Part shown: positions 50,621-64,000 of the stretch, one piece after another
Layout of the letters: each line of letters begins with the position of its first letter
Position numbering within the stretch: position 1 is the first letter of the stretch
The notes under the pieces: model-generated
What the model was told of the DNA's origin: nothing
Database searches by the model: none
What the model saw: only the letters and a program-made list of their open reading frames with translations
Made by a program: the position numbers and the translations under genes
From: Podarcis tiliguerta
Lineage: Eukaryota
NCBI GenBank assembly: GCA_965153285.1
Contig: OZ229110.1
Strand: one strand, 5' to 3'
DNA length: 64,000 nucleotides

Positions 50621-53379
50621 AGAGCACCTGGCAAGTCACAATACAGGGACTGTAGGTAGTGTTCAGCCAGGATGGTCAGGCACCTAGACCTGCATAATTT
50701 TTTACAAAGTGTATCACTCCTTGTTTACAGCCCTGCAATGGAATGATGGGTTTGTGTTAACTGAGCAAAGTCAGTTTAAACTATAACTTGAGCAAAGTTT
50801 GCTTTCTTTTTTAAAGTTCTGTAAAATTAATGTGTTGCTAGCAACACTTTCTTGGCTGCAGTTCAATAGTAACAGCCACAGCGGGATCAACTGATTACAT
50901 CCAAAAAAAGGTGTCCCATTCGTGCAAGGGTGTGCCCCCCCTCAAAAAACAACAACAGCAGAACAGATTTGGAGGGCGCATAAGAGGAGGATGGGAAAGG
51001 GAAGTTGCATTATCCAAATGGAAGTCCTTGAGTGGAAAGGACAACTTCATTGAATACACAGCTCAATACATTTTTAAAAAAAGAAAGCAAACGTTGTCCA
51101 AAATCCATGTAAAGTCACAACTTAAAATATAGTGTAATTATTCGCAAGTTGGTGGCTCCAAGTTTCAACTGAAGTTAGCAATGTAATCCTCTACATGCCT
51201 ACTCAGCAGTAAGTCCCATTGAGTTTACTGGGGCTCAATCCACAGCTTTACCACAGCATGCTAGACACTAACATTGATTTACACTGTAGACAATATAAAA
51301 TTGATGCCTTCCCCATGCTATGATGGAGAAAATTAGTCAGCTGAAGTCAAACTGCAGACAAGAATATTTGGGCTATTCCAAATATTTAACTAGATAGACT
51401 ATTTTTTTTTAAAAAAGAGTATTCCAAATGATTAATCAGGATTAAGCTGTCCTTTTAAAGCACACACAGAAAGGGACTGAAATAGGAATCAGCATGTAAA
51501 ATATAGCAGCTAGATAATCCTCTCCCTTTTGCAGGGAGGCTATAATTTACTTGGACAACTCCATCCAACACCAGCCCATCTCATTTGTACTAATCTGTAT
51601 GCAGGAAGAATAAAGTGCCTGAAATATTTCCTTCCAACGTCTAAAATTTTCCTTCTAATGGTTCTCAAAACTGCTATGAGCCCTTTCTAGAGCTTCCCGT
51701 CTAACTCCAGGAGTGTGTCTTACGAAGTTAACTTGAGGGCCTCTTCACATAAGAGCACAATTTTAGGACTACATCAATTGTTATTGCAAATGCATGCCCC
51801 CCCCCCCCAAAAAAAACAGACCCTGCGATGCCAGCTCTACACTGCAGACACAATTGCCACAGATTCGTTAGCATTTCAGTTATGTTCTCCCTATCAAAAT
51901 CAAAGTACGGCTCACACACTTGCATCTTTAAACACCTGCATAGTATAGATGAATGTCACTCATACTGTTTGCTGCCAAACATCCATGTAACATTACTGTA
52001 CCAGCAGAGTCATACCTGGCGCATGTAGATGGAATTGTTCTGAAACTTCCAGGTGGGAGTTTGGAAACATATAACATATGTATGTCCTTTAGACGGCTGG
52101 GACTAGTTGTGGCTTTTTGAGGGTACTAAATGCATGAATGAACTGGCAAGGATAACTGGCTAGGCATTCCCATCCCTGCAGAGATCCCTATGTGAGTACA
52201 TATGGCCTCTTCAGACTGAGACTGACAAGACATTGGCCAGAGGGTACAGTCAGAGCAAACATTGGCATCTAGAAGGGCAGGCCCCCACATTCATGCTGCT
52301 ATTTAATTTCTGAGTAGGGGTCCTGCTGAAAGAAAAATTGGTAGCAAGACCAGATGTGCTGCTGCGTGTTACTCAACGTGAGCTATAGAAAAGAACTAGT
52401 ATTTCTACTAGCTTCAAAGATTATTATTTTTTAAAATCAGAACTCTCTGGAATAAGCTATAAAAAATTGCTTAAGCTTTGCCACACAGACAGGTACTTGC
52501 AAACTTCCTGGCACAATTGGAATAATTTGTTTATGCAGTCATAAAGATGTGAAGTTATCCATGTTCAAATTTGAAATAACGTAAGCAATAAATTTGATGC
52601 CTACTAGCAAATGAAAGCCTGTTCTATTATTCTGCACACTCCATTAGCCGCTATACCTAAATAAAAGTCTTGATAATGGTGTGTCTCTCATTCTATGAAT
52701 TTTTATAGTTGTTGTATATTTCAGCCAATAATAATGTGGTGATTATAAAAGCATTCAATGCAAATAAGTGCCAGTGTTGCAAAATACAAGTTAATGAATT
52801 TACAAGCAGCTAGCTAACAATTCTAGGTGACAATTCTTGATCACCAGTTTTTGCAAGTGTTCATATCAATTGTCATGCAATTTGTGGAAGCCCTTTCTCA
52901 AATATACTCTTACTAAGTTCAAATAGGAGTTTCTGCAAGTTTCCTTCCTGATTTAATAATTTCTTTTCAAATGCATTATTAGACATTTCTTTTCAAACTG
53001 TATTTTATCAGGAATGTGCACCCTTCAGTTCTGAAATTATCAGTCTTCACCTTTTTCTGTTTTTTACAATGAAATTTAAACTTCTATCTTAAAGTAAAAC
53101 TTGGAAAAATAAGACATGCTCCAGGAAATGCTCCACATTTATAAACTACAATTCAATCTTCATCATTCTAACCTCATGCCTTGGAAGGCAAATGACTTTG
53201 AATAATCATGCTCCATGTTGACCCCTTGCTGGTAAAATAATAGCTTCCCATTCATGACATTCCCAGTGCATGAGGAACACAGAAAGTTAGACTAGGCAGG
53301 GCATAGGGAATCTTCAAAATTCAAACTAGGGTTTCAAAGAAGCTCATTACCATTTAAACAAGACTGGCAAGATTATATG

Positions 53380-53935
53380 TGTCATGAACTGGCAGGACAG
53401 TGGGGAGGAGGAAGAGGGGTGCAGCCATGACTGGGACAAAAAGGCAGGCTGAGGACTGAGTAGAAGTTGATGTAGAAAATACTCACGGGACAACAGAGGA
53501 TGATGGTCAGTGCACAGGAACCAGAACAGCAGGACCCATCACCATAGCCAGAGAAGCCCCTGTCTCCTCAAACACAAAGGGCTCTGAGGTGTAAGGTAGT
53601 AACACTCTGGGAGGCTGAGGCAAGCAAGAGTCCACAGCTGGCCAGGTGGGACTCGTTAGCTCTAGGAGGAGATGTGTGATTCCTCAGCTGGAGTAGGCTT
53701 GGAGCAGGTGAGAGTGACATGCCTCATCAAGCCCAGATGCTGCAATCAGCAGGCAAGGGAAAGCAGAGCTGAGGTGCTGTGGGCAGTTAGTTGAAACACA
53801 GCTCAGGTGTTCTAGAGAGCTCTTTGGGACTGTGTTTGTGTGAGAATGACCTTCAGGTGCCTTGACCCCTGGATCAACTGCAGAGCCAGGAACTTGAGTT
53901 CATGAGGTCTTATGCCCAGGTGTACTGGTCAGCTC
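53380..53935 (+). mobile_element. probable degraded LTR-like repeat
   Basis: Starts TGTCATGAACTGG; purine-rich GC-elevated body similar in style to 56704-57173; right boundary uncertain. Confidence 0.4.
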
Positions 53936-55114
53936 TGGACTTTTATACTAAGTGTAGCTTACTGAGTTTCATTTAAAATGACAGGCACAACCTATGGAGC
54001 TGTCAAAACACACACAACATAGCAGTGGCATATGGCTTTCATCGCTGAGTGATTTTCAGATGTGGATGGTGACTTCCTTTAATATAGTTAGTGACAGCAA
54101 TGTCACAGATAGCAGTAGTTGAACAGGGCACAATGCCACCTGTAATGGAGACACCGGTTTTATAGCCATCATGAGATATTCAGGCTGCAATGCTTTGCAC
54201 ACCCACTGGAGAGTAGATCCCACTGAAATCAATTGGGCATGCCTCTAAGTAGACAAGACATATGGTTGCAGTGCTGGCTTTCTGTTTTAAACTCCATTAG
54301 TATTTCAGTATGCTAAATAGTCAAATACAAACACCTACTGACCTTTCAGAGTTTAATGTTTCAGAGATTTTACAACTGTGAACCAGTAGTGACAGAACTG
54401 GATGGAGTAGCTGGAGAGGGGTCTGGGCAATTGGGAGGAAAGGAACATTTGCTGATTTAAAGAGATCTGTGCCTTTCAGACAAACCGAATAAAACAGAGA
54501 AACCATCTGTTTTGCAGACTTAAATGATTAATTTTTGGGTAGTCTTCTAAAAAAAACTATGTTATTTTGGCATACATTTTATTTATAAGATGCTATAACT
54601 GGCAGCCCAGCATTTTTCATAACAGGGTTATAACTACATTATCCTGTTATCCATCTGGGCCTTTTTCAATTCAGTGCTTTAATTAAAACTCAATGGTATT
54701 ATCAATCTGTTGCATTTTTCATTTTGATGGTTATTACATTTATAGTACAGCAGGAGTGCAAATTAAAAGAAATACCATGATAAATGTACTTCTAAAAAAT
54801 CATTTCTGTATTTTCAGAAATGTACACTGCTGTTATATTTTCAAAACTTGTTTGGGTTTATATTATTATTTTTCTGCTCTTTCATACTGAAATAAAACAA
54901 AGCAGAAAAAATAGCTTTAGTTGTGTTCATTATAACTTTATTTTTAATCATTGACTCCATCAATACAACCACTGGTCATGTGCCAAAAGAAAAAGCAAAT
55001 TTTAAACCATTATTCTCTCTATTTACTCAACCCCCCCACCCCCCCAAAAAAGAGTAGAAACAGTAGAATAATAAGATGAAACACTCCTTGCAGAGAAGGA
55101 AGTGTACAAGTATA

Positions 55115-55348
55115 CAGTGGTACCTCGGGTTAATTCATTCCGGAGGTCTGTTCTTAACCTGAAACTGTTCTTAACCTGAAGCACCACTTTAGCTAATGGG
55201 GCCTCCTGCTGCTGCTGCGCCGCTGGAGCACGATTTCTGTTCTTATCCTGAAGCAAAGTTCTTAAGCTGAAGCACTATTTCTGGGTTAGCGGAGTCTGTA
55301 ACCTGAAGCATATGTAACCTGAAGCGTATGTAACCCAAGGTACCACTG
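55115..55348 (+). mobile_element. Tigger-like MITE, full length (234 bp)
   Basis: TA|CAGTGGTACCTC...AAGGTACCACTG|TA; nearly colinear with 23809-24049. Confidence 0.92.
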
Positions 55349-56477
55349 TATTGCATATTGATACAATCAGAGAATTGAATGAATTGTGTTAGCTGCAATT
55401 GCAACATTTGCTCGGCAAGAATTAAACCCAGCTGAAGAGCCTAAAGAGGGTATAAATAATTTCAAAATGCTGGAGAGATTTTTAAGTGAATGAAAAGTTC
55501 AAGAAACTTGCCCAGAGCATTTGGTATGGGACATACAATTTTTACCGGAGCTATGAAATGCCTGTAATCACATAACCAAGCAGTAGAGCTGCCGTCTCCA
55601 TTTGAAACATATGAGGAAGCCTCCACACTCAGGAGATCCATGGGCACATGGTGTTCTGAGTCAAAATGAGTGCCTGGAAGTTAATTTACTCAGTTAGTTA
55701 AAACAGAAACAAAAGCAGTTTTACGAAGAGCCTGCATCATTATTAGAAAAATTCAGTAACTACCCAGCTGTAAATAGCTGACAGGCTTCATTTTCTTATT
55801 TTAGTTGGATTTCTTTTCCTATATTAACATCCACGGAATACAGCAGAAACAGCTCTTACATGGGGAGTAGGTTCTAAATGCAGCAAATAAAGCGAAAAAC
55901 ACGAATAGTAAAAATCACAGTATGCTTGAAAATTCCGCATATGAATGCCCTGTGGTTGGGGAAGGGGCCCTGGGCTACAAGGGGTCTTCTAGCTCACTCT
56001 CACTTCCCTGTCTATCTTGAGGGCACCAACTGTTTGTTTACACAGAGGCCATGCCTCCACCTATTCCTCCCTCAGTCACTGTGCCTTCCTGAGGCCAGCA
56101 AGCAAGAGCTAGGTGAACTGGTGGACCGGGAGACAGCTCGGGAGCTGGTGGGGCCATGGTAGGCAGTGGCTACCACTTGGCAAGCTGGGGGAAAGCCCTG
56201 CAGGGATGCCTAAAGGCTGACCTAACCACCACCATATTCGATGGGCAACTGCTGGACCTTCCAGCACTTGTGGGGGGTGAATCCTAAAATTGGAGGGTGG
56301 GATCCTAGTTAGAGGGAAGGAGAAACAAGGAAAACAAAAGATTCCCAGATGCCTTTGCAGGAACTGCTGCAGTAGGCTTCCTATTGCAGAGCCCTTTTTT
56401 GCCAAGTACTGTACATATAGCTGAATTTGCCTGAGTTAACTGCACATATGACGTGTTTCTATACACAGTGGAGATTA

Positions 56478-56700
56478 TGGGTAGTATCTAATTAACACAT
56501 CATGTCAGCACAAGAATTTGTGCTCGTACAACAGAACATTTCCCCCTCTCCTCTTCCTGTGCATCCCCACACCCTCCCCTAATCTGCTCCAGAAGGTTGG
56601 GATAACCTCTAGAACAGATTTAGGGATCGTGGAGGGCAGAGCAGTGATTTTTTACACAAGCACAAGTCTTTGTACTTATGGAATGTGTTAGTTGGATGCC
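56478..56700. mobile_element. palindromic MITE-like element
   Basis: Ends GTATCTAATTAACACAT / ATGTGTTAGTTGGATGC; central hairpin CCCTAATCTGCTCCAGAAGGTT..AACCTCTAGAACAGATTTAGGG. Confidence 0.7.
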
Positions 56701-56703
56701 TCA

Positions 56704-57173
56704 TGTCAGGGGCTGGCAAGATTCTGATGAGTGTGCACCGGGGGAAGGGAGGCTAGAGTCTGAATCAAGAGAGGGGGCCAGTGATTTGTAAGGAACTGTA
56801 CTAGCCAGGAGGCAAGAGTGAGAGGCAAGGGAAGCTTCAGAGCTGGAGGTAGGAGCACAGAACGGGGTCAAACGATGAGAAAGAGACAGGCCAAGCAAGT
56901 GAAGGGTTAGATGCTTCCACACCACTGCAGGAGGAGATTGAAGAGAGATGAGTAGAGGCAACTGTGTGCAAACAGCCCATGTGGGGTACATAAACTGATG
57001 GAGGGGAGTGTGGCCCCCTGTTGCTGCAACTGTTCCATAGAGTGCAGACCTGGGAATAGTTGCCTAGATGCTAGCCTGGGTGGGTATTCAGAGCCATAGA
57101 AACTACTGTATCAGTTTTCACAATAAAGAGTTAACTGTGTGTGCATTCCTTTGGCTGGGAAGTGCCCCCAACA
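56704..57173 (+). mobile_element. probable degraded solo LTR (~470 bp)
   Basis: Termini TGTCAGGGG...CCCCAACA; AATAAA at 57122; no clear TSD. Confidence 0.5.
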
Positions 57174-57964
57174 CTGCCATGGGTATATGCCGCAGCCCAA
57201 AAGCATTGATCTGGCACCTGGTTGATTTTATTTCAACCCAAATAACAAGTGAACTATCTTACAGGCCCAAACAAGTTTTGAAAGTATTACAACACGGCAA
57301 ATTATGTATCCCACAGCACATCCTTCAACCTCATTATGGCTAGGAGTTGTGGGAATAACTAACCCTCCTTTTCTTGCCTGCTTAGAGGTAATCGGTTTAC
57401 AACAGAAAACTACTTCTTGCGGGTTATATGCTCACCCAGGGGCTTGCGCACACACTGTGGATTTATTATCCCACCACATTCGAAAGTAGATTGCAAAGCA
57501 GCACAGAAGAATTATACCGAGGACTGCCTGGAAATTTGCCTTCACACTTCTCTGATTGTTTATTGAGCAAGGAGAAGGAGACAAAGGGAAGAAAAGGGAG
57601 TATGTACTAGAAGCTTCTTAATGTGCCACAGGCCAAGTGGTCTGCTGACTAGATAACAAAGTTGTCAACAATGCATTGCATCTCAACATACTGCTTCCCC
57701 CACCCTCAACAAAAAGTATGGATCTATATATGTTTTAGCTTAATTTCCTTTTTGATGATATTGGGGGAAATTAAATGTTGAATGCATAGTTGGTTGCTTT
57801 ACCAGATGAGATTTGCCAATGACCTTTTGAGCATCCAGATAAATGCCTGTTCTTAGGTCTGATTCTCTATCTTCTCCCTTTCCAGGACAGCACTTGTGTG
57901 GAACATTAGAACGACATATATTACTACCTGATTATTTTACTTATGAGAAATTGAAAATGAGACG

Positions 57965-58260
57965 TTTTGTATTTATCCATTCATTTAAGAAATTCACACA
58001 CCCCACTTTTCACTATGTCTCAAAATGACTTACAGAAGGGAAGCAACAAAACCACACAATGTGCAAGGTTCAAAACATATGCTAAAACATCAGAAAATAG
58101 AAACATTAGAGCAATGTTCAAAATGCAAAGGCCTACTGAAATAAAACCTTCTATACCTGAAACTCAGCAGCCTGATTTCTGATGGGAGGGGATTCCACAG
58201 AGTTGGGCCCACTATACACGCAAGTCCAAACTCCTTGTTGATATGAGGTGCACTTCTGGT
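57965..58260 (-). mobile_element. old L2 3' fragment
   Basis: A-rich 3'UTR then GGGAGGGGATTCCACAGAGTTGGGCCCCACTA, which reads VGPTLWNPLP on the minus strand. Confidence 0.55.
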
Positions 58261-59398
58261 TCATTTGTGGTGCTAAAGAATGGGACAAACCTCTGTATCT
58301 CTTTGAAATACCACAAAATATTTAAACATTTACAGTTGCTATCATTTCAATTTTTCTGTTTCAGTCATTCCATTGTGGAAGAATCTGGCACTATGATTTG
58401 AAGACTCAACAATAGCCAAAAGAACACCCCCCACATCTCAAAAATGCTGCACACAACACAAAAATAAACAATTCCAACTTTAATCAAACTACAGCATAAA
58501 CATGAACTAGATATATCCTCTCTTTTAAATTTTGAAGGTGGAGAGGAATAAGACCACGTACTTATAAGTGTTCAGCATAGGGAAGGACAAATGCATTTTG
58601 CAATTTGCACTTTATGTGTTCAGAAAATGAGCAATCTGTAGTTTATTAAATTTATGATAGCGTAATTATACAGACATCACAGCATTATTGCCTAGGGACT
58701 TAATAGAGCTCTTAGAGTATAGTAATGGCCTTGGAAACAAAGATTTTGGTCCAAGACAAAAGAATGAAACTTATAGTGACAAAAAAAAACCAACCTATGA
58801 GAACACAGTGTTCTTAGCAATTAACTGGTTTACTGTGGCATGAATATATTTATGGCCAGAGCCCATGTCGCCAGTCGCATCTGATGAAGGTGGCTCTTAC
58901 TCAAAAGAGCTCATTACACAGAAATGGGAAATGGTACTGAATGCCTTTAAACCACCACTGATTACACCTGTCAGATTTATCAGATCTGGACAATTTCGTG
59001 TATAATAACTTAGTACCAAAGAAGAGTGAAAGTTGATTTAATTAATCTGTGTTACTTATTTATTGTCTTAGTTCCAGCCAATTTCCAAAGGCAGAAAGAA
59101 ATCATCTACTGGAATTACAGGCTCCACGAAGACCAGAATGTAGAAGTCACAACTAAAAGAAACCTTGTGGAGGTGACTCACTGAGTAGTTGAACTGACCC
59201 AGTTGAAGTGAATGCAAGAGAACTAGCAAATTTGCACTCCCAACATCCATTGACTCACCAAGGCAAAACTGAGGGTGAAAGCCAGATTGGAATGAATGTT
59301 AATAATCAGTGTGCTCCAAGAATAAGTAAATGTTTGACCACAATCACACTGGCAGACCTCATTTCCTGCTGGAAATTCATGCAAGCCAGGCAGGGAAA

Positions 59399-59589
59399 GG
59401 CCATAGCTCTGTGGTAGAGCACATGCTGTGCATGCAAAAGGTCCAGGTTCAATCCCTGACATTTCCAGGTACAGCTGGGAAAGGTTCCTGTCAGAAACCC
59501 TGGAGAGCCAACTGCCAGTCACTACAGACAATGCCAATATAGATGTACCAAAGGTCTGATTAGGTCTAGGGCACCTTTACATGTTCCTA
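59399..59589 (+). mobile_element. tRNA(Ala/Cys-like)-derived squamate SINE, near full length
   Basis: A box TAGCTCTGTGGTAGAGC, B box GGTTCAATCCC, body GAAACCCTGGAGAGCC..CTGCCAGTC, tail ATGTTCCTA. Confidence 0.8.
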
Positions 59590-62261
59590 ATGGTCCCTTG
59601 AGCCCATGCCTTTGACAACACACAAATTGGCCCCAGCTGTAGTTAAGGTTTTTCTAGCTACCTCCCAAGTGTACTTTTAGATATATCAAATATCAGAGAT
59701 TCTGCCATCTCCTTTGGGAAAATGCTCTTCAGCCTAATAGATCTCACTGAAATAAGCCTTTGGCTCTGAAAATGCCAGGTCACAAGGGGATATTCCATGT
59801 AATTAAGATTCACTAAGCCAAAGTCAAGAGGGGTTTTTCCTTTCACTTATTTTCCAGCTTTAACTCTACACTATACAGTTAGAATCACATGGAAAATTTC
59901 TGTGAAAAAAGCAGAGCACGATTGCTTCAGGAGACATATACACCACCCACCCAAAAGGGTATGTCGTTTAAACACAACTACTGCTATTTCCTTACTGAAA
60001 GAAAATCCAGATAATCAGTGTTAGGGGTGGCCTGCACAAGAAAGGTATGCCAGAACGCCATCTCTTTAAAAACATACAAAAGATACCACTGTACCTTGTC
60101 AGGGCTGGCAGAGGCTTGGAGACAGAGGCAGGGAAACAGAGAAATCTCCAAGACTGCTATTGGGAAAATGCTGGATCACAGGCTACGCTACTGGGCTTGA
60201 GGAATTGAGACTGGGTTTACTGGAACACTCTGCTTTTTTTACCAGAAAAAAGAAAGAAAAATGAGCCAGTCTCCTTAAAGCCATAGAGGCAGGTAGAAGT
60301 GAGTTCTGCAGTATCCCAAGAAGGAATTGCTAGGCGCAGTGGGACCTGTTTGCCTGAAACTACACTTCCTCCTATGTTTATCCCATTATCCAATATGAAC
60401 TATAACTATTCCTGGACAGGAATAGCTTTGACATGGTGATCAATATATCTATAACCTCACAGTTAGGCTACTGTCGTGTGCTACCCTTCTGCCTGGTTCA
60501 GAAGCTTCATAACCCAGTTACTATGATGCTTTGTGGGACACTATACACATATTACACCATGTTGGAAGATTTCACAATCTGCCTATTAGCTACCGACCAG
60601 GTTAAACACATCACACAATAGTGACAGAATGTATGGGCAATTGGCTTATCTGAGAAACTGACAAAGAGGGTGCCTGCCTTGAACAACATGTATGATGTAG
60701 ATGGTTTTATCAAAATATTTATAAAATATCCAAAGGAACACTGTGATGACTGGCAACCACCAACTTTGCAAGCGGGCTTATGGCAAAATCTGGCAGGTTC
60801 ATCTTCTGTTCCAGAAACAGGGGGGTGAAACTGGAAGAAACTTAATGCTCTGTTCATATTTTGTTGAAAAATCAATATAATCTTTTATTAGAAAGAAAAC
60901 AACCACCATTGACTGGCAGCACATCAGGAGTCCTTCCCAACACTACGTGAAGACACAGAGGATAGAAAACAACAATAAAAATAACAACCTGGGGCCTTCT
61001 TTATGCAGAGAATGTGCTTTGCCGCTGAGCTACAGCCCTTTCCTGTGTAGTTCATTCATAAACACTTCTATATTTTGCTTTAACTAAAGGAAAATCTGTT
61101 GGAAGCAGGCAGTCATTTAAAATATGCAATACACAATACACAGATGTAAAAATAACAGGGTATTTGTATGCCTAGACTCTTCAGGTGGTATTTTCCAACT
61201 TATTTACGGTTTAACCTTTAACTCAGTATTTTCTCCAGGTTCTTATTCACTGAAGCTAATCACTTTATAAGAACTATTGATCCATTGGCTTTATTGTTGT
61301 ATAAGCCAACAGTTGAATGGATTCCAAAAATTATTGTACATGACGAAACCATGTATCACCCAACAATTTTTTGCTAAAATAGTTCAGCAGGACCATTGGG
61401 CTACTAAGGTCAAACTGGCTCCTGATCAATGTGCAAAAAAATAAAAATACATGCAAATGCTAGATAGCATAAAGGAAATGCTTTTTCACAGCTTAACACT
61501 TAGGAAAAAAGAGAAAATGAGTGGGGGAGGAGTAAAAGTGCAGCAGCGTTGGTCCAAAAGAGGATCCTTGTCATGTCAGTAACTCAAGCTTCTGAAAGCC
61601 CTTGCACAACTGCTTGTGAAACTAAAATAACATATTTGGATTTGGGTTCACTTGTCTCACACAGCTTTCTAGTGCAGGTGTAAACAGCCCTTCAATGTGC
61701 AAAAACACCCCCTTCGTGTGAATGAGCATTCCTCTTGTGTTTAGAAACTCTGGCTTCTGCTCATGGGATAATTGTCTCTCTGATAACCTGCACCGGAGAT
61801 AGTGGGTGGGTGGGGGTGCTTCAGAACATTATGAGAAGTGGTGCTGGAGGCTTGCAGGAAGGAGGTGAACTCAGCAAAAAAATAATAATAATAATCCCTC
61901 CACATACACACTTTCACCATTGGGAACTGCTGTTGGATCCAACCCTGTCACTTAACAGAGATGGCTTGCTTGCATTCATGGAACAGCACAATCCACAGTA
62001 TTGTGCTCTGCACTACACAGACCCACAGAAGTTATACATCCCCTGCTCAGTAGCTTTTCAAAAAGGAAGATTATTTTCCATGACCTACTGCCAACCTGAA
62101 GTACTCAAACACTGGAGAAAAAACACTTACGAGAAGCAAAAAATAGGAAATAAAATGTAGTGAGAATTGGGATCATGAACTGAAGCATAAAGCTGCACGT
62201 ATGTTTTCCAGTAGGGACAGTGTGGTGTGAACAGTATAAAAGTTAATGAGGTTTTTAAAAA

Positions 62262-62303
62262 TGAATGAATAAATAAATAAATAAATAAAGGGGCAGAAGG
62301 ATG

Positions 62304-62342
<39 letters not shown>
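62262..62342. repeat. (AAAT)n and (CA)n microsatellites
   Basis: Visible tandem repeats. Confidence 0.9.
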
Positions 62343-62344
<2 letters not shown>

Positions 62345-63109
62345 TATCTGGCTTGTTTCTATCTAAATGAAGGTTTCTGTGGCCAGGATATCTCTGCAGA
62401 TACAGAATACATTACCTTGTACAGCTATGGCATCAGTGACACAAATATCAAAGAGAGCAACTACCCAAAGAAGGAAAATCCTTGACAAATAAATTGGTAC
62501 TTTTAAATGATTCTGCCTTTGACTTTCGGTCTAATATTTTTAGAACTAGTAAAGCGTTATAGAAATCTATGGCTTGGATGCAGAGAAGCACCAGCACAAG
62601 GGGGTTGGTAGAATGTCACCTTCTCTCACCATCCCACCCCTTACTGTCCCCCTGCCCCTCCAAAAAAGAAACAAACACCCTCTACTGTGGGTGGAGGGAG
62701 AAGGAAGAAGCTCCTTTTCCTGAAAGTGCAATCCCACCTTCAAAGTGTGCCTGGCCATAGAAGGAAGCTTGGGGGCTTCTAGAGGGGATATTATCTTTAC
62801 CACCCCTCTTCCATCAACATTTTTCTGGCTCTAAGGCTATATGACTTCCTTTAACTAAGACTACTACAGAATGAGCTTTTGGATTCTAACATTTTAACTA
62901 TATATTAGTTCCCAATAGCAGTTCCTTCCTGTATTTTAATATCTCATTGATTATTCTTATGCCCACCTGATGCCACCTGGCACTTGATTTTGTCATCTTT
63001 TTGATGCCAGATCAAGACGTTTCAGGGATTTGATGCAATGTTTGCTTTTGTGGCTTTTTAAACTGATCATCCCTGTTTTGTTTTGTTGTTTGTTTGTTTG
63101 TTTGTTGAG

Positions 63110-63186
63110 GTTATATTATTATTAATAATAATAATTTTATTATCTATGTCCCACCCATCTGGCTGGGTTTCCCCAGCCACTCTGGG
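63110..63186 (-). mobile_element. L2-type extreme 3' end with ATA-type tail
   Basis: CCCACCCATCTGGCTGGGTTTCCCCAGCCACTCTGGG, same motif as the 12450 and 29611 copies. Confidence 0.75.
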
Positions 63187-63656
63187 GAATATTGTTAATA
63201 CTGCTTTGTATCATTTTGTTTTAATTTTGTATACTATAATCTTCTGCAAGACACCTTGGTCTTTTAAAGAAATAGCTGTTTAAGGAATGTAATAAAACAA
63301 AATTATGCATGGAAAACGTACATACAACCTCAGTATAGTTTTAAGATTGGATGTAACACAGAATGAAGGACAGATGGGGCATCTAAACTTAATTTGTACT
63401 TTAATTATATTGCAACTTAATTGGCAGAAAGTTGTGCGAGCTTAGTCACTGACAACACAGATTCTAAGCCAGACACAATTTGAGCATTCACCTGGGAATT
63501 ATTTGATAAAATAAGGACAGCATCTTCTGCTGAGGTACATATACCTGCCTCATTTGTGGCTCTTGCTGTGTATGCATTCTGGTTTCAGTATCTTTTCCAG
63601 GCACCAGAATCAGCAAATGCTACATTTGAGGATACACTTAGTGTACACATTTCTTT

Positions 63657-64000
63657 CACAGAATCATAGAACAGGAAGGGAACTTGGATTTCAACTAGCT
63701 CACCCCTGCTCAGTGCAGAATCTGCAATATAGGATGCAGCTATGGCATCCCTGATGGATGTTGATTTAGTCTCTGCAGAAATGCCTCCAATTCAGGAAAG
63801 CCTATCACCTCCCAAGGTGCCCTGTTCTATTACTGGACAACACTTACCACTACAACATTTGGCTGAAAACTACTTCCCTGCAATTTACATCCATTGGTTC
63901 TTGTCTTTCCCTCTGCAGCAAGAGAATAAATCTGTTCAGATATATAAAGATGGCTACCACACCTCCCCTTAATCTTCTGTTCTTCAAGCTAAACATGCCC
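63657..64000 (-). mobile_element. old CR1 LINE 3' region, runs off window
   Basis: CACAGAATCATAGAA (reverse complement of the ATTCTRTG tail) and CTTCTGTTCTTCAAGCTAAACATGCCC (GMFSLKNRRLRG). Confidence 0.8.

Larger units (their letters stand above)
16080..64000 (-). other. THSD7B: probable single large THSD7B intron upstream of exon 3 (>47 kb)
   Basis: Exon 3 begins mid-codon, so an upstream coding exon is required. No signal-peptide exon ending ...WK(T/P)G|gt was found by eye in the window. Confidence 0.65.

Noticed and set aside
1-64000. A novel multi-gene system or intact autonomous element
   Set aside because: Only THSD7B exons and short, disrupted LINE fragments show coding signal; no intact transposase, RT or viral ORF was found.

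Overview
Vertebrate genomic DNA, most likely a squamate reptile and probably a lacertid-type lizard. This is inferred from the repeat content: CR1, L2 and BovB fragments, tRNA-headed SINEs, and hAT and Tigger-like MITEs. The whole window appears to lie inside one gene, THSD7B, on the minus strand. Three coding exons can be read with GT-AG boundaries and a continuous frame: 16079-15242, 12822-12571 and 6361-6195. They correspond approximately to human exons 3-5; the last is absent from the ORF track. The signal-peptide exon and the next downstream exon were not found, so about 48 kb (16080-64000) is probably one large intron. The rest is transposon debris, microsatellites and a few enhancer-like unique segments; the other ORF-track ORFs look spurious or are LINE remnants. 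I found no clearly new gene system. The most unusual structures are: a perfect 111-bp inverted duplication spanning two MITEs plus flank; an intact solo LTR with a promoter pointing antisense at exon 4; an L2 tail abutting the weak donor of in-frame exon 4; and SINEs with two different tRNA heads sharing the 3' tail of a CR1 LINE also present here.
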